Origin: Dipteris shenzhenensis
Taxonomy: Eukaryota
Length of the DNA stretch: 64,000 nucleotides
NCBI GenBank assembly: GCA_047967505.1
Contig: CM106538.1
Reading direction: 5' to 3' (one strand)
The translations under genes were made by a program, and so were the position numbers. Under the pieces are notes generated by a model. It saw only the letters and a list, made by a program, of their open reading frames with translations. It made no database searches and had not been told where the DNA came from. Shown here piece after piece: positions 12,520-25,234 of this stretch; position 1 is the stretch's first letter; each line of letters opens with the position of its first letter.

Positions 12520-15350
12520 TTTCCATGAAGATTATGGCTTTGCTTTAATTCTTGACTTCTAGCTTATCAATGAGCTAGGGGTTGTAGGGCATCAGAGCTA
12601 AGTTGCAATTATTTAAACTTCTAGCTTATTAAAGAGCTAGGGGTTGCAAGGCATCATAGCTAAGTTGCAATCATTCAAGCAATTTAAAATAACATTGTCT
12701 TACATATTGTGATTTTCATGGGGATAATGTCTTGGCCTTTATGCTTGACTTCTAGGTTATCAATGAGCTAGAGTTTTGGGGTATTAGGATAAAGTTGCAA
12801 TCCTTTTACTCGCTACAATCTCTCCATGGGATTATGGCTTAGGCTTTATTTCTAAAAAAATATTGGCTGAAAAAATAACAAAAACATGATGTACATGGTG
12901 CAGCATTCTATGAGGTTGTGGCTTGTCTTTGATGCTTGACTTCTAGCTTAGCAATGAGCTAGGGGTTCTAGGGCATCAAAGCTAGGTGGAAATCATTCAA
13001 GTAATTTAAAATAACATTGTCTTACATATTGTGGTTTTCATGGGGTTATGACTTGGTCTTTATGCTTGACTTCTAGCTTATCAATGAGCTAGGAGTTGTG
13101 GAGCATTAGGGTAAAGTCGCAATCCTTCTACCTGCTACAATCTTTCCATGGGATTATGGCTTGGACTTTATTGAATGGGATTATGACTTGGCCTTTATGC
13201 TTGACTTCTAGCTTATCAATGAGCTAGGAGTTGTGGAGCATTAGGGTAAAGTTGCAATCCTTCTACTTGCTATAATCTTTCCATGGGATTATGGCTTGGA
13301 CTTTATTGAATGAATTTTTTAGGTTGAAATAATGACAAAAACATGATGCACAAGTGCAATACTTTCGTGAGGATTATGGCTTGGCTTTGATGCTTGACTT
13401 TTAGCTTATCAATGAGCTAGGGGTTGTAGGGCATCAGAGCTAAGTTGCAATAATTCAAGCAATTTAAAATAACATTGTCTTATATATTGTGATTTTCATG
13501 GGGATTATGGCTTGGCCTTTATGCTTGACTTCTAGCTTATCAATGAGCTAGGGCATTAGGATAAAGTTGCAATCCTTCTACTTGCTATAGTCTCTCCATG
13601 AACATTATGGCATGGACTTTATTGAATGAACTTTTTGGGATGAAATAATAGAAATGTAATGCTTCCATGAGGGTTATGGCTTGGATTTGATGCTTGACTT
13701 CTAGCTTATCAATGAGCTAGGGGTTGCAGGGCATTAGAGCTAAGTTGTAATCATTCAAACAATTTAAAATTACATTTTCTTACATATTGTGATTTTCATG
13801 GGGATTATGGCTTGGCCTTTATGCGTGACTTCTAGCTTATCAACGAGATGGAGTTTTGGGGCATTAGGGTAAAGTTGCAAAATCCTTCTACTCGCTATAA
13901 TCTCTCCATGGGATTATGGATTGGGCTTTTTTTTTTTTTAATATTGGGTGAAAAAATGACAAGAACATGATATACATGGTGCAGTATTCCATGAGGTTGT
14001 GGCTTTTCTTTAATGCTTAACTAATAGATTAGCAATGAGCTAGGGGTTGTAGGGCATTAAAGCTAGGTGGAAATCATTCAAGTAATTTAAATTAGCATTG
14101 TCTTACATATTGTAAATTTCATGGGAATTATGGCTTAGCCTTTATGCTTGACTTCTAGCTTATGAATGAGCTAGGAGTTGTGGGGCATTAGGGTAAATTT
14201 GTAATCCTTCTACTTGCTACAAGATCTCCATGGGGATTGTGGCTTTATGCTTGCGTCTTTGCTCAGTAGCAAGCTATGAATTTTGGGGCATTACGATGAA
14301 GTTGTAATCCCTTCAAGTATTAAAATATATTTGTCTTGCGTGTTGTAATCTTGCCATGGAGGTAATGGCTTAGCTTTTATGCTCAGCTTCTAGCTCATTA
14401 ATGAGCTAGGGGTTGAAGGGCATCAAGGCAAAGTTACAATCATTGCACGTTAGTTAAAATATCTTTGTCTTACATATTACAATCTTCTCTATCATGGCTT
14501 GGTGTCTATGCTTGACTTCTAGCTTATTAATAAGCTTGGAGCTATAGAGCATCAGGTCAAAGTTGCAATCCTTCTACTTCTACAATATTCCCATGGGGAT
14601 TATAGCTTAGTCTTTATTCTTGAATTTTGTCTCAGCATCGAGCTATGAGTTGTGGGACATCAAGGCAAAAGTTACAATTCCTTGAAATTTAGCAACTTAT
14701 TCGAACTTGATCATTCAAAACAAATGGTGTATCTCTACACCATCCTTACATATGGAATATAACAAGCTCTTGGATTACTTTATTTAAGTGAGTATTGAGT
14801 CAACTAGATCATTGTTGAGTGAAGCTTATCACTTTTTGACTATTTGTTTTTTTATTTTCACTTCATCTTGGTACAATACAGACTTGGCTTTTATGCTTGA
14901 CTTCTAGCTTATCAATGAGTTAGGGTTATAGGGCATCAGAGCCAAGTTGCAATCACTTCAAGCAAGCTATCTTTGTCTTACATATTGCAAATTCTTTGCA
15001 ATTATAGCTTGGCCTTTACGCTTGACTTCCAAGCTTATCAGTAAGCTCGGAGTTGTGGGGCATCATGGTAAAGATTCAATCCTTCTACTTGCTAAAATCA
15101 TTCCATAGGGATTATGATTTGGCCTTCATTCTTGACTTTTGGTTCAGCATTGAGCTTGGAGTTGTGGGGCATCAGGACTAATCTGCAACCCTGACTTATA
15201 TGTAGAATTCAACAAACTCTTAAACTACTTTGTTTTTGGAGTTATTTGAGTAGAAATGACCTTTGAGTTGTGGCATTAGTGGTAAGCTGCAATCGCTTGA
15301 ATTGTGAGGCATCATGATGAAGCTAGGATCATCCATGGAAATGTTGTTTG
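12520..15350. repeat. degenerate tandem array with alternating ~130 / ~190-bp units
   Basis: About 18 copies of the core ATGCTTGACTTCTAGCTTATCAATGAGCTAGG followed by two alternating tails. Confidence 0.85.
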
Positions 15351-15428
15351 AAGTCATTCTTCTTATAGTTTCATGAATGAAATGATTGAATGAATGTCTA
15401 ATTATGGTATTCTTGCTATGTATTACAG

Positions 15429-16620
15429 GTTGCTATTAGTAAGATATCATGGAACCTGAGAGGACGTAAAAGTGATGACAGTAGAAGATATGTCACTATG
15501 TTATTAGCATCCAAATGGAATTGCAACGTTTTTCATAGTATATTTCATGGCTTGGGGACTAGGATGCGAGCACACCTCCTTGGTCAAAAGAGTGGAGATA
15601 TTAGAAAATGTGATGGCCCTAATGTCCAATCAGCATTGTTTCTCTTACTAGGGAAAGGCCTTCTTTGTAGTTGGAGAGAATGCAACATGCTAATCCATCC
15701 ACCATTCCTTCAATGTCACAAGGTCAACAGAATGAGGAGGTATTTACAATTTCAAGGAGGCAGGGTCCATCCGTTTTTCTACTCATGAGATTGAAGATCC
15801 ATCCTCCAATAACCTCATGGGTACATCAGAACTTCGAAGAGTTGGTTGCTCACATAGAGGGCTTGTGCATCAACCACCATCAATTGAGAAGTCATTTAAA
15901 GGTCAATTGATCGAGCAAGCAAAAGAGGAAGTTATGGATGCAATATGCCGAACAGGATCTCCTTTAAGCATGGGAAATAGCCCACATTGGAAGAGAACAT
16001 TTCCTACAATTTGCTAAAGTTGGGTCCAGGTTGTAAAATGCCATCTTACAAGTTAGTGCACGCAAGTATGCTTGATAAACTCTATGAGAAGTATCAAGGT
16101 CGTGTACAAGCTGTTGTGTATGAAGGCATATAAAAAACTAGATGTACCATTGTGTGTGATGGTTGGAAAAATGTTGCTCATCGTTCGTTATTGAATTTTA
16201 TGGTTGTTACTCCACAAAGTGAGGGATTCTTTAAATTAGTTAATCGCACGAGAAAGAAGAAAATAGGTGCTTCATTGCATCTTCATTAGGTGAGGTCATT
16301 GAGAATGTGGGTTCTAACGATGTGCTTCAAGTTGTAATGGACAATGCAAAGAGTTGTAGGAAAGCTGGGAAGATAGTTCATCGTAGACATAAGCATATAA
16401 GGTCTGCTGGATGCTCTTGCCATTGTCTCAATCTTGTATTGGAGGATTGGTACAAAAGCCTTGACATTACTTTCTTTAAAGCTGCCATCGATGAGGGAAA
16501 AAGAGTTAAGACTTTTTTTATTAATCATGAACACGTCCTTGGGGCATTTAAGAATAGGCAAGAAAATAACAAGACGAACATGGTGATGAATAAGTATAGA
16601 ATGTGGTTCAAGTAGTTGAG
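15429..16620 (+). pseudogene. hAT transposase pseudogene (BED-like finger + DUF659-type core)
   Basis: KWNC..F...TRMRAHLLG....IRKC; TIVCDGWKNVAHRSLLNFMV; VLQVVMDNAKSC; CSCHCLNLVLED. Frameshifts and stops present; C-terminal part missing. Confidence 0.85.
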
Positions 16621-17481
16621 GGAGAAGAAGTGGAAGAAAACTTTGATGATGAAATTAGTTCACTGCTTAGCAATGCCGTTTAGAATTTGTAATTTTTTTT
16701 CTTTGGATGTTAATTTTCTATATTGGAGTGAATTTTAAATTTCTATTTTGAACTAAGAGAATAAACTCAATGATATTGTACATGATTGGATCTTTCTACA
16801 TGATTTTGTGCTTGTAGTATAGGATGCCTAATAATTTATTTGATTCTTAAATCATGAGTTACTTCTTACTTGTTATGGAGATTTAATTTGAAGAATCACT
16901 CCACCTTGTGCACATGGCATTAAATGGCAATATATGTGTATAAGAAATGAATGTAAGCAAAGGCTTGGACAAGCAGACAAGGAGAATGCAATACGCATAT
17001 TGCGTATGGTGACACTTAGGGAGATTGGGTTACTAAATCAATCACAAATGGAGGAAATAATAAACAGCTAAGCAAACTTGCATCTCTTCAAAGATAAAAT
17101 TATAGCTATAACCCAAAGAGAATTCATAAAAGAGGATTTAAAAGAACTTTAAGAAAAGCTTGATTGAAAGAGAATCAAGTCATGAATTGGATTGAAAGTT
17201 TTATTGGATGCAGCATCAACACATATGAGGAATCATTAGCGGCGAGAAAGAACTCAATAAATGCTTTTAACTTGTATTTGTGGGATTTAGCATGGAATAA
17301 TATGAAAGCAAAAACAAAGACAACTAAGAAAAGATTACCGAACATTGATGCAACACTTGTTGCAAAAGCCAAGATGGCTTATTCTAAGTCTCAAAGAATA
17401 AATGATAGCATTGGAGATGAGGAAAATAGCCTAAAGTAGAAGTTACATGCATCTTATTGTCACTTTGAGAATTGCCATATA

Positions 17482-18480
17482 ATGGTATTTCTTATAGAAA
17501 AGGAGATTATAAAGGGAGATAAGCTTGGTGAGGGAGCATATGGAAATTCTTATAAAGTTAAAATCATAGGAAATCCATGGCTTATGTATTTTACTTGGTG
17601 TGCAGAAAAACAATTCAAGGGTCAACCAACAAGGCAAGCTAGTGAAGCAAGACAAAAACAATCGATGCATCCTGTTCTTGTCCATGTGATTGCAGCCACT
17701 AGTGTAAGACCTTTTGGGAATATTACACCATTATTTAATGGAGGTTTAATGGAGGAAGATTACACCAATTTATGCTTAAACTTTCATTCAACAAGGGGAG
17801 TTACACTAGATACATCCATAGAAAAGGAATTGAAAAAAGAAAGTTTGAAAGGTTTCAAGGGAAGCTTCTTGAATTGGAGATTGCACCAAAGGACCTTGAA
17901 CAAATTTGCAATTTTGGTAAGGCTTTACCAAGCTACTTGCATGACCTTGTACAAGGAATGCATATACTACATGACAGACAATGGATGCATACTGATTTGC
18001 ATGCAAGCAACATCGTCCTCGACTTCACTTCTAGTGGGGACTCTAGAATAGGCATCATAGATTGGGGAAGGTCACTTGATGTCACAGAGGATAGAGTGGC
18101 ATTTGATGTGATGAGAAAGAATTAAAAAGAGAGAGATGAAACTTTCCAAGCTCGAGTTGCAATAGAAGTACAAAAGAGGTGTGGAATAAAGGGGATAACC
18201 CCAGAACTACATAATCCATTGAAAATTGTACGCTATTCTCGAGCAACAGATGTCTATGCATTAGGTTGGATTCTAAAAGAGATGTCTCTTTTATGAGGAT
18301 TCTAGATACCTTCTTGAAAAGGTGTCTAGACTTCTAGATATCCAGCTTATAAAGAAGGTCAAAGAATGGATTATAGACAATGTGATGAATGGAGATCCAC
18401 GTGTTCGTTACTCTTTAGAACACGTGGACAACTTCTTTGCAGGTCTTGGTTTCAAAGGGTTTCTTGCCATACGTCCTTGA
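17482..18480 (+). pseudogene. intronless protein kinase pseudogene (HxDLH type)
   Basis: LGEGAYG loop, AEK, WMHTDLHASNI, IIDWG, ITPELH, DVYALGWILKEM and DPRVR in the correct order across frameshifts. Confidence 0.85.
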
Positions 18481-18822
18481 CATGAAGATCCGGCAATGGT
18501 TTTGGGAGCAAATACTTGTAACTGAATTATTTTGTATCATGAAAAGCATTCCTTGAGATCTTATCATATCTGATATTATAGATCTTTGGTATTTTTTCAT
18601 TTTGGTTGGATTGACATGTTTATTGAGTTTTTGAAATACTTATTTATATAAGTATTAAAATAATAAGGCAAATAGTATTATGCTTCAATTGGAAAGAATA
18701 TTTTTGTGATAAAATATTTCTTATGTTTCTAAGTATCATTAATTTTTCCTTGTTCATGTATCTATTTCTTGGGCATCCTTAAAACTGTGTATCTATACCT
18801 TGAATATCAACAAATATGTATG

Positions 18823-18824
<2 letters not shown>

Positions 18825-18872
<48 letters not shown>

Positions 18873-19020
18873 TGTGTGTGTGTGTGTGTTCTCTCTCTCT
18901 CTCTCTCTCTCTCCCTCCCTCCCTCCCTCCCTCCCCCCCCCCCCTCTCTCTCTCTCTCTGTCTCTTTGTATGTGTGTGCGCATGCGCGAGTGCATATAAC
19001 TCTCTCATCCCCCTTCCCCC

Positions 19021-19060
<40 letters not shown>
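18825..19060. repeat. compound (CT)n/(GT)n/poly-C microsatellite
   Basis: Seen directly. Confidence 0.95.
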
Positions 19061-19063
<3 letters not shown>

Positions 19064-19479
19064 GTCTTTGGCAATTGTACATGGCATGTGCTTTGTAAAC
19101 TCAAAAGCCTTGCATTCTATTTTTGCATGATGGGTTTTGCAATCATTGGCCAATTAACAATGACGGTTTAAGGTTTGTGCTCCAGTTTTGTGTAAGAAGA
19201 AGAAACCATTAAGAACAACAATACTTCTACGAAAGACGAACAAGCAATGCATTCAAGTCCATGCTAATCACACATTTTGTTGGTGAATTGAACCCAACAT
19301 TACAAAGGACACAATACTCCAAATTTCTCCACAATATTGGTGGCCTCCTCTGTCGATGCACACCTCCACAATCGACACAGGCATTTGTGCTTGTCTTGGA
19401 AGCTCCTATGCATGTACTAGGAGGTGTGGATTTGTAGTCTTTGCTTCCAATGGAAAAGGCAAGACCTTTCCTGGCCATG

Positions 19480-20470
19480 CATCACGTTCTATGGTCCATT
19501 ATTGAAGACTGTTCGTACTGCCCTCCAGTTTGTGTCTGCCTCGTCCACCCCATGAAGCCTTTAAAGTCTGCAGTGGGGTGCCCACACTTCTCCATGACAT
19601 CATTTAGCTTCGACCAGAAAATGATCTGAGCCTCAGTATCCTCTTTCATCTTGCACATGGCAACATTCATCAACTCTTGGACGCTGCATAATACAACTAA
19701 AGCTAGGCATAAGCATCATCCTTTCGGTGCTAGAGGGAATGTAGGAATAATAGCATTTGCCTTACCTCGTGAGCAGCCATCGTTGTCCACCCACATACGC
19801 GCCATACATGGTCAAAACATATCCAGCTATTTTGTAGATCTCCACCACCAGTGCGGCGCATGCAGTTCACTAGATCTACCCCCGAAGCACGGCCTATTGT
19901 CGACATCTTGAAGATAAAGCATCTACTTTCATCATCGATTGCTTGAGCAGGGAAGAGGCTCCCATGGAAAAATCTGTTAGCACATCTTTGCTTCAGCTTC
20001 AAGAGCCTAGACTCCATGCCTTCATCACTTTTAGTGAGCACCACAGATGCTTGAACTTGAGCCAAGTTGTCCATTCGACTACGCATTATGTTGCTTCTAA
20101 GAATGCAAAGAAAACACATTTGTGTGTAGTTGCCATTGGGTTGGCCCTACATGGTTTACATGTGCCTTTGGACAAGAGGCTCCAACTCCTCAAGCATTGC
20201 CATCAACTCATTATCCCCATAAGGGAGACACCCGGATCGTGGATGAGGGCGCTTGAGTTTTTTTTTTTTGCGACTACCATTTGTAGGTGTCTGGGACCTA
20301 CTGCACTAAAGTCCTTCACCATCTCTTCGACTGTGCACCTAAAGTCTTTTACGTGGGATCTACAAGTACCTCTTTGCACCTCGTAATTATGCATGCCCAT
20401 GTGGAAAAAGAGTCTCATAATTTTGGGCCCCGCCATCACGTAGTACGCCACACATTCGCATTGCTTCAAA
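19480..20470 (-). pseudogene. MULE-like DDE transposase pseudogene
   Basis: CECVAYYV...FFHMGMHNY (C/H finger-like), FIFKMS, SWICFDHVWRVCGWTTMAAH, FWSKLNDVM...FKGFMG. Resembles a MULE-related family recalled from moss/fern genomes; frameshifted. Confidence 0.55.
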
Positions 20471-21224
20471 AGAATGGGGGGACAGCCGAAATGTTGTTCA
20501 TTTTTCCTACAGCAGATGAGAGAAGATTATAACATGCAATAGTGTAACATCTAATTCAGGTATGTAACATTGGTACCCGTTTTAAGATTCCCTAAAAAAT
20601 TCATTAAAATTATAACTTTTTCAAAAAAAGGTCATATTTTGCTTAGTGAATTTTTCAAAACACTTAAAATCCTATCAATTTTGGTACATAATGTCCGCAA
20701 ATTATGAAGGACCTCGACTACAGAGGACAATGTCAATGTATTTAGAAAAATCAAGAAGTCTGTAATTTTTTTCATTACTTTGACCTTTTATTTTCAATAG
20801 AAAAACTACATGATACAACTTTCGATCTTACGTATAGAAACATAACCTTATCAAAATTCTTAAGTTAAACTTAGTAGTATCACATAAAGTACTGAAAGAG
20901 TTAAAAAAATCATCAAATTAATGAGAAAAAAATGCCTCCTTCAAAACATTCAACGCATATGGTCTCAAATGTCTTAAGAACGCTTGCCTATTGAAACAAT
21001 TCAAAATCACAAAATTGTCAATATAATTCCATAATTGGAGTCTACTCAATTCTCCCATATGTGTCATCTATATCATCTTCATAACCATCCCCAACAACAA
21101 ATTAATGGTAACAGCTAAATGTTCAAAACATTCAAAGCATAAGGATTCTAATATGTCTTAAGAACACTTGTCTATTGAAACCATTCAAATACAAAAAACT
21201 GGCAATACAATTCCATACTAGAGT

Positions 21225-23705
21225 CTACTCAATTCTCCCATATGTGTCATCTACCTCATCTTCATCACCCTCCCCAGTATGGGTTTCCTGTATGGGTTTC
21301 TCAATCACTTTCTCTTTCACAACCTCCTTCTCCCATGTATCAGCTAGCTCGCTTGCCTCCATAAAACCGGGTTTCAATATCTCAGGAGGTTGGGGTTCCC
21401 ATGATGAGGCTACCACTGAATCTGCATCGAACTTCCCACCTTTCAAACCAAGCTCGTGATGCTCATCAGGCAAGTGATGAATAGCAGTCACTCTCTTCTT
21501 TATGTAATCACATTGAATAGGATCTTTTTCAACTGCAATTACATTTCGACCCTTTTTTAAGGCACATGTTGTGACTGTGCCTGAACCAGCAAATAGATCG
21601 AGTACCCACTCATGCTCATTTGAAAATAGATCTATGAGCTGATTAATTAGGAGTTGTGGTTTTTGATAAGGATTTACTATCTCCCCATTCTTATCCATGG
21701 TCACATGCCTGAGCTTCTTCGTCACAACTAGAATAATGAAATGATCAGGAGTAAATGGAGCAGATGAGGGAAAATTGATGTGACCAATATTTTTTTTTCC
21801 ATCCACAGACCAATACCCAACTGAAATGTTTTCTATAGCAGATGTGAATTGATGTCCTTTCATTTGTCTCACATTGGGTTTCATCCTATGACATGCAATA
21901 AAAATAAGTTTTAAATTTATCAAAAGAAAATACAATTATAACATAATAACTGACCCAAAAAAATCTTTGCATTTCATTGCTGCACTCACCAATAACGGTG
22001 GTCACGTCCAGCACATTTATAATTGATGACACTCATCATCACTGCCCCAGACTGCAAGTCTGAATGAAAAATTACAACACACCAAAGCGTTGCTGACATA
22101 ATTGACATGAATTGGTCAAGAAGACTCATTAGTTCCTTTGCTTTGTAAGGGACCTCATCAATGGTGGATCTGGGAATATTAAATCCATATGGTATGTCTG
22201 CAATGACCAACGTGTACTCATTCTTTAGAACTATCTTCGATAATTCATTGCAATCTCCGTTGAGCACATGATAAAAGTTTGGTGGATGGTTTTCCCCCCT
22301 ATCAAACTCTAACATGTCATCACTAAGAGTGATAGATTGTTGTTGAGTTTGACGCTCTTTTTCTTTTGCAGCCCGGTCAATCAATTGCTTAAAGCTTGCA
22401 GGCATCATACTACTCTTAGATCCCTTCTTGCCTCTTTTCTGAAGGTGGTTGTCAAAATAACAGCTCAATATTTTAAACATTCAAATCTACAATTCGAAAG
22501 AAAAAATTCCATTAGAATATGTATACCAAATTTGACATACCATGCTTTTGAATACATTGAAATATGGAGCCAAGCTCTCCATCCTGCTGCTCTCTAGATA
22601 CTCCTCCCGAATAGCATTCCAATCTGGCATGTTCGATTGCCGGATCATTGCTTCCTGCATTCTCATGTATATTTTATGCCTGCATTGAAAACACATGTAA
22701 AATTCTTCTCACTTTTACACTTGAAACAAAGTCTATTGAAACATTATCTGTAAAGAGATTAATGTAAAATCAAGGAGAGACATGATGCAAAAGAGAGAAG
22801 TTTATGAATTTGCACATTTCATCCAAAGAGAGATCCCCAAACACCACTCTACCAAGCACAGACTTAATTAGAATCTCATCTTTAATTCCCTACATGCTCT
22901 TCCATGCTGTGGCTCAAATTTCTTCAGGTAATGCCTTCAACATCTGGGTTTCTTTCTTGACTCCTTTAGGTATGAGTTTTTCCTACCCTTTGATTTCAAA
23001 ATTCTCCCACTTGGAAAAAATTGCATTTATCAAATCCCAAACTTCTCCACTACGAAATGAAATTTGAAACATCCCGTCCCATGATCCGAAGCTGTCACTT
23101 AGCCTTGACGGATCTTTAATTGTTGCAGAAATCCTAGTCTCATTTAACAAAGACAAGCGAAACTCTGGAGTGATCAAAGAATGATCCTCATTGAGTTTCG
23201 TAATGAACTCATTGTGATAGAAACGAACCCGTTCTATCCAAGACATATACTCATTGTCATTATTGTGATCAAAAGCCAGTAAGTTTGCCTTCAAATCAGT
23301 CAAACCAGCATAAACTGTACAATTACATGTCTTGTAATGAGAGTTGCACAAAACTCAATATTCACCTACCTTTTTACCTCTACTGAATGGGAGCCTCCAA
23401 GAATAAAGTAGTTATAATCATTTGCTTTCCGACGATCAAAAGATGCCTTGTCTAGACAATCTTTTGGATCCACGAGCACAATGTAGTTCACAACTTGTGC
23501 ATGCGGATTGTCTTTCATTCGTGACTTCAAATTCTCAATATGGAAAGGATGTATTTTTTGCACCTCAAATGGCCGAAGGCCAATCCTAGGATCAATAGGA
23601 GGTCTGATAACATGATCAATGTGCAAGAAGAAAGTCTGTCAATCCACAAGGTTATCTCGTTGTACCTTTGCTCGAACTCTATTTTGTTGTGTATCTGAGG
23701 TGCCA
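21225..23705 (-). pseudogene. spliced ParB/Srx-like + beta-class N6/N4 DNA methyltransferase gene (3' part)
   Basis: GDC...LVIADIPY (motif IV, 22187-22198), YWMKPN, QKPQLLINQLI, VLDLFAGSGT (motif I, 21579-21593), AVEKD. GT-AG introns at 21886-21989, 22487-22540 and ~22680-22815. Upstream exon has FILGGSHS...VYAGL. Stops and one frameshift in the N-terminal exons. Confidence 0.85.
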
Positions 23706-24479
23706 GAGGTTCTAGGGTTTAGAAGGAGTTCTAGGGTTTAGAAGAAGTCCAGGGTTAGAAGGAGGTTCCAAGGTTCAGAAGGAGTCTAGGGTTAGAAGGA
23801 GGATCCAAGGTTCAGGGTAGAGTACATGGTGAAGAAATCGTCTCCCTCATAGATCATGGAGTTTAAGGGTTGAGGAACAAAGGGTTTAGGGGGAGCATAG
23901 GAGTGGGAGAGGAAGAAGGTGTAAGAGCATGGGGGAAAGAAGAGAGAGGAGGGAGGAGGAGGAGGGAGGAGGAGGAGAGAGGAGGAGGAGGAGGAGGGAG
24001 GAAGAGGAGGAGGAGGGAGGAGGAGGAGGAAGGAGGAGGAGGGAGGAGTAGAGGGAGAGGATGGGTTGCAAGGTTGGAGGTGAGGGGAGGAGGAGTTGCA
24101 AGGTTAGGACATGCTTTTGGATGTGGAGTGCAAAGAAGCATGGACACTTGGGACAAATGCTTGGAATACCAAAGTAGACTCAACACAATGCCCCAAAGAG
24201 TGTGGGCTTCATTCCATTATGGGGTATTTATACAAGTTGGAGAGCTTCTCTCTCTGCATGTAGGAATTGTAACACATTCTCTCTCTACATGTAGAAGTCG
24301 TAACACAAAGTTGTAACACATTCTCTTTCTACACGTAGAAGTCGTATGTAGAAGTTGTAACACATTGTCTTTCTACATGTAGAAGTTGTAACACAAAGTT
24401 GTAACACATTCTCTTTCTACATGTAGAAGTTGTAACACATTCTCTTTCTACATAAGTCCATGTTGGCACAGAGTCAACA
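23706..24479 (-). repeat. 3' LTR of Ty3 element (outer ~340 bp missing)
   Basis: Matches 39730-40578; starts TGTTGACTC on the minus strand. Confidence 0.9.
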
Positions 24480-25234
24480 TACTCCCGGATCCATTTTATT
24501 ACCCATCCTCGGGTTATGGCTTATTTTGATTTCAGAGTTGGGATGCCATGTGCGTAATCCAGTCATTCCTGCTGTAATGCTTGTGCACCATACGGTTTGT
24601 GGTCTGTAGGCAAGAAGCTTATCTCCTCTTAAGGAGGGGTAGACGGCTGTGAATTTCAAAGGGGATCTCATTGTTGAGGTTGCGGACTCTGCCATCGAAT
24701 CTTCTTGGGAAGAGGTTTGGCGGGGGTCTCATTGTTGAGGCTGGCATTTCTTGCTATCTTGCATACATGTTGGATTCGATTGCACTTGTATCATTGAGCT
24801 TGTAGATAATTAGTATGCAAGTCTAATATTTTTGCATATAGGAGACGGTTGTGATGTTTGGCGGGGGTCTCGTTGCGGAGGCTGCAGACTCTTTTGCCAA
24901 TTCATCTTGAGTTTTGGCATAGCTTCTTGTCCTGCTTGTGAATTCATTGCATGCTTTGAGAGTATAGAATGAAAGTGTGTGATATTGTTATTGATGCGAT
25001 CTATTATGTGCCTATGCAAAATCGTGTGAGTGCATGTGATGTGTCTAACTATATGCTTATTTGTGGGATTTAATAGGGAAATAAGACTCAAACATCCCTA
25101 ATACGAAATTGATTCGGTCTTCCTAAATGTGCAAAAACGTGCATATGCTAGTGAGTGTGCGTGTAACAATCTAGTGCAAATTATATGTGCAAAAACGTGC
25201 ATATGCTAGTGAGTGCTTGTGATACAATCTAATC

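Noticed and set aside
18769-19171. ORFs with ERERER / LSLSLS runs
   Set aside because: Microsatellite artefacts.
21225-22480. Bacterial contamination as the source of the methyltransferase
   Set aside because: Canonical spliceosomal introns restore conserved motifs, and a plant LTR element is inserted in the gene.
24260-24460. CRISPR-like ~30-bp repeats
   Set aside because: They are head-to-tail LTR minisatellites also present in the partner LTR, with no spacers.
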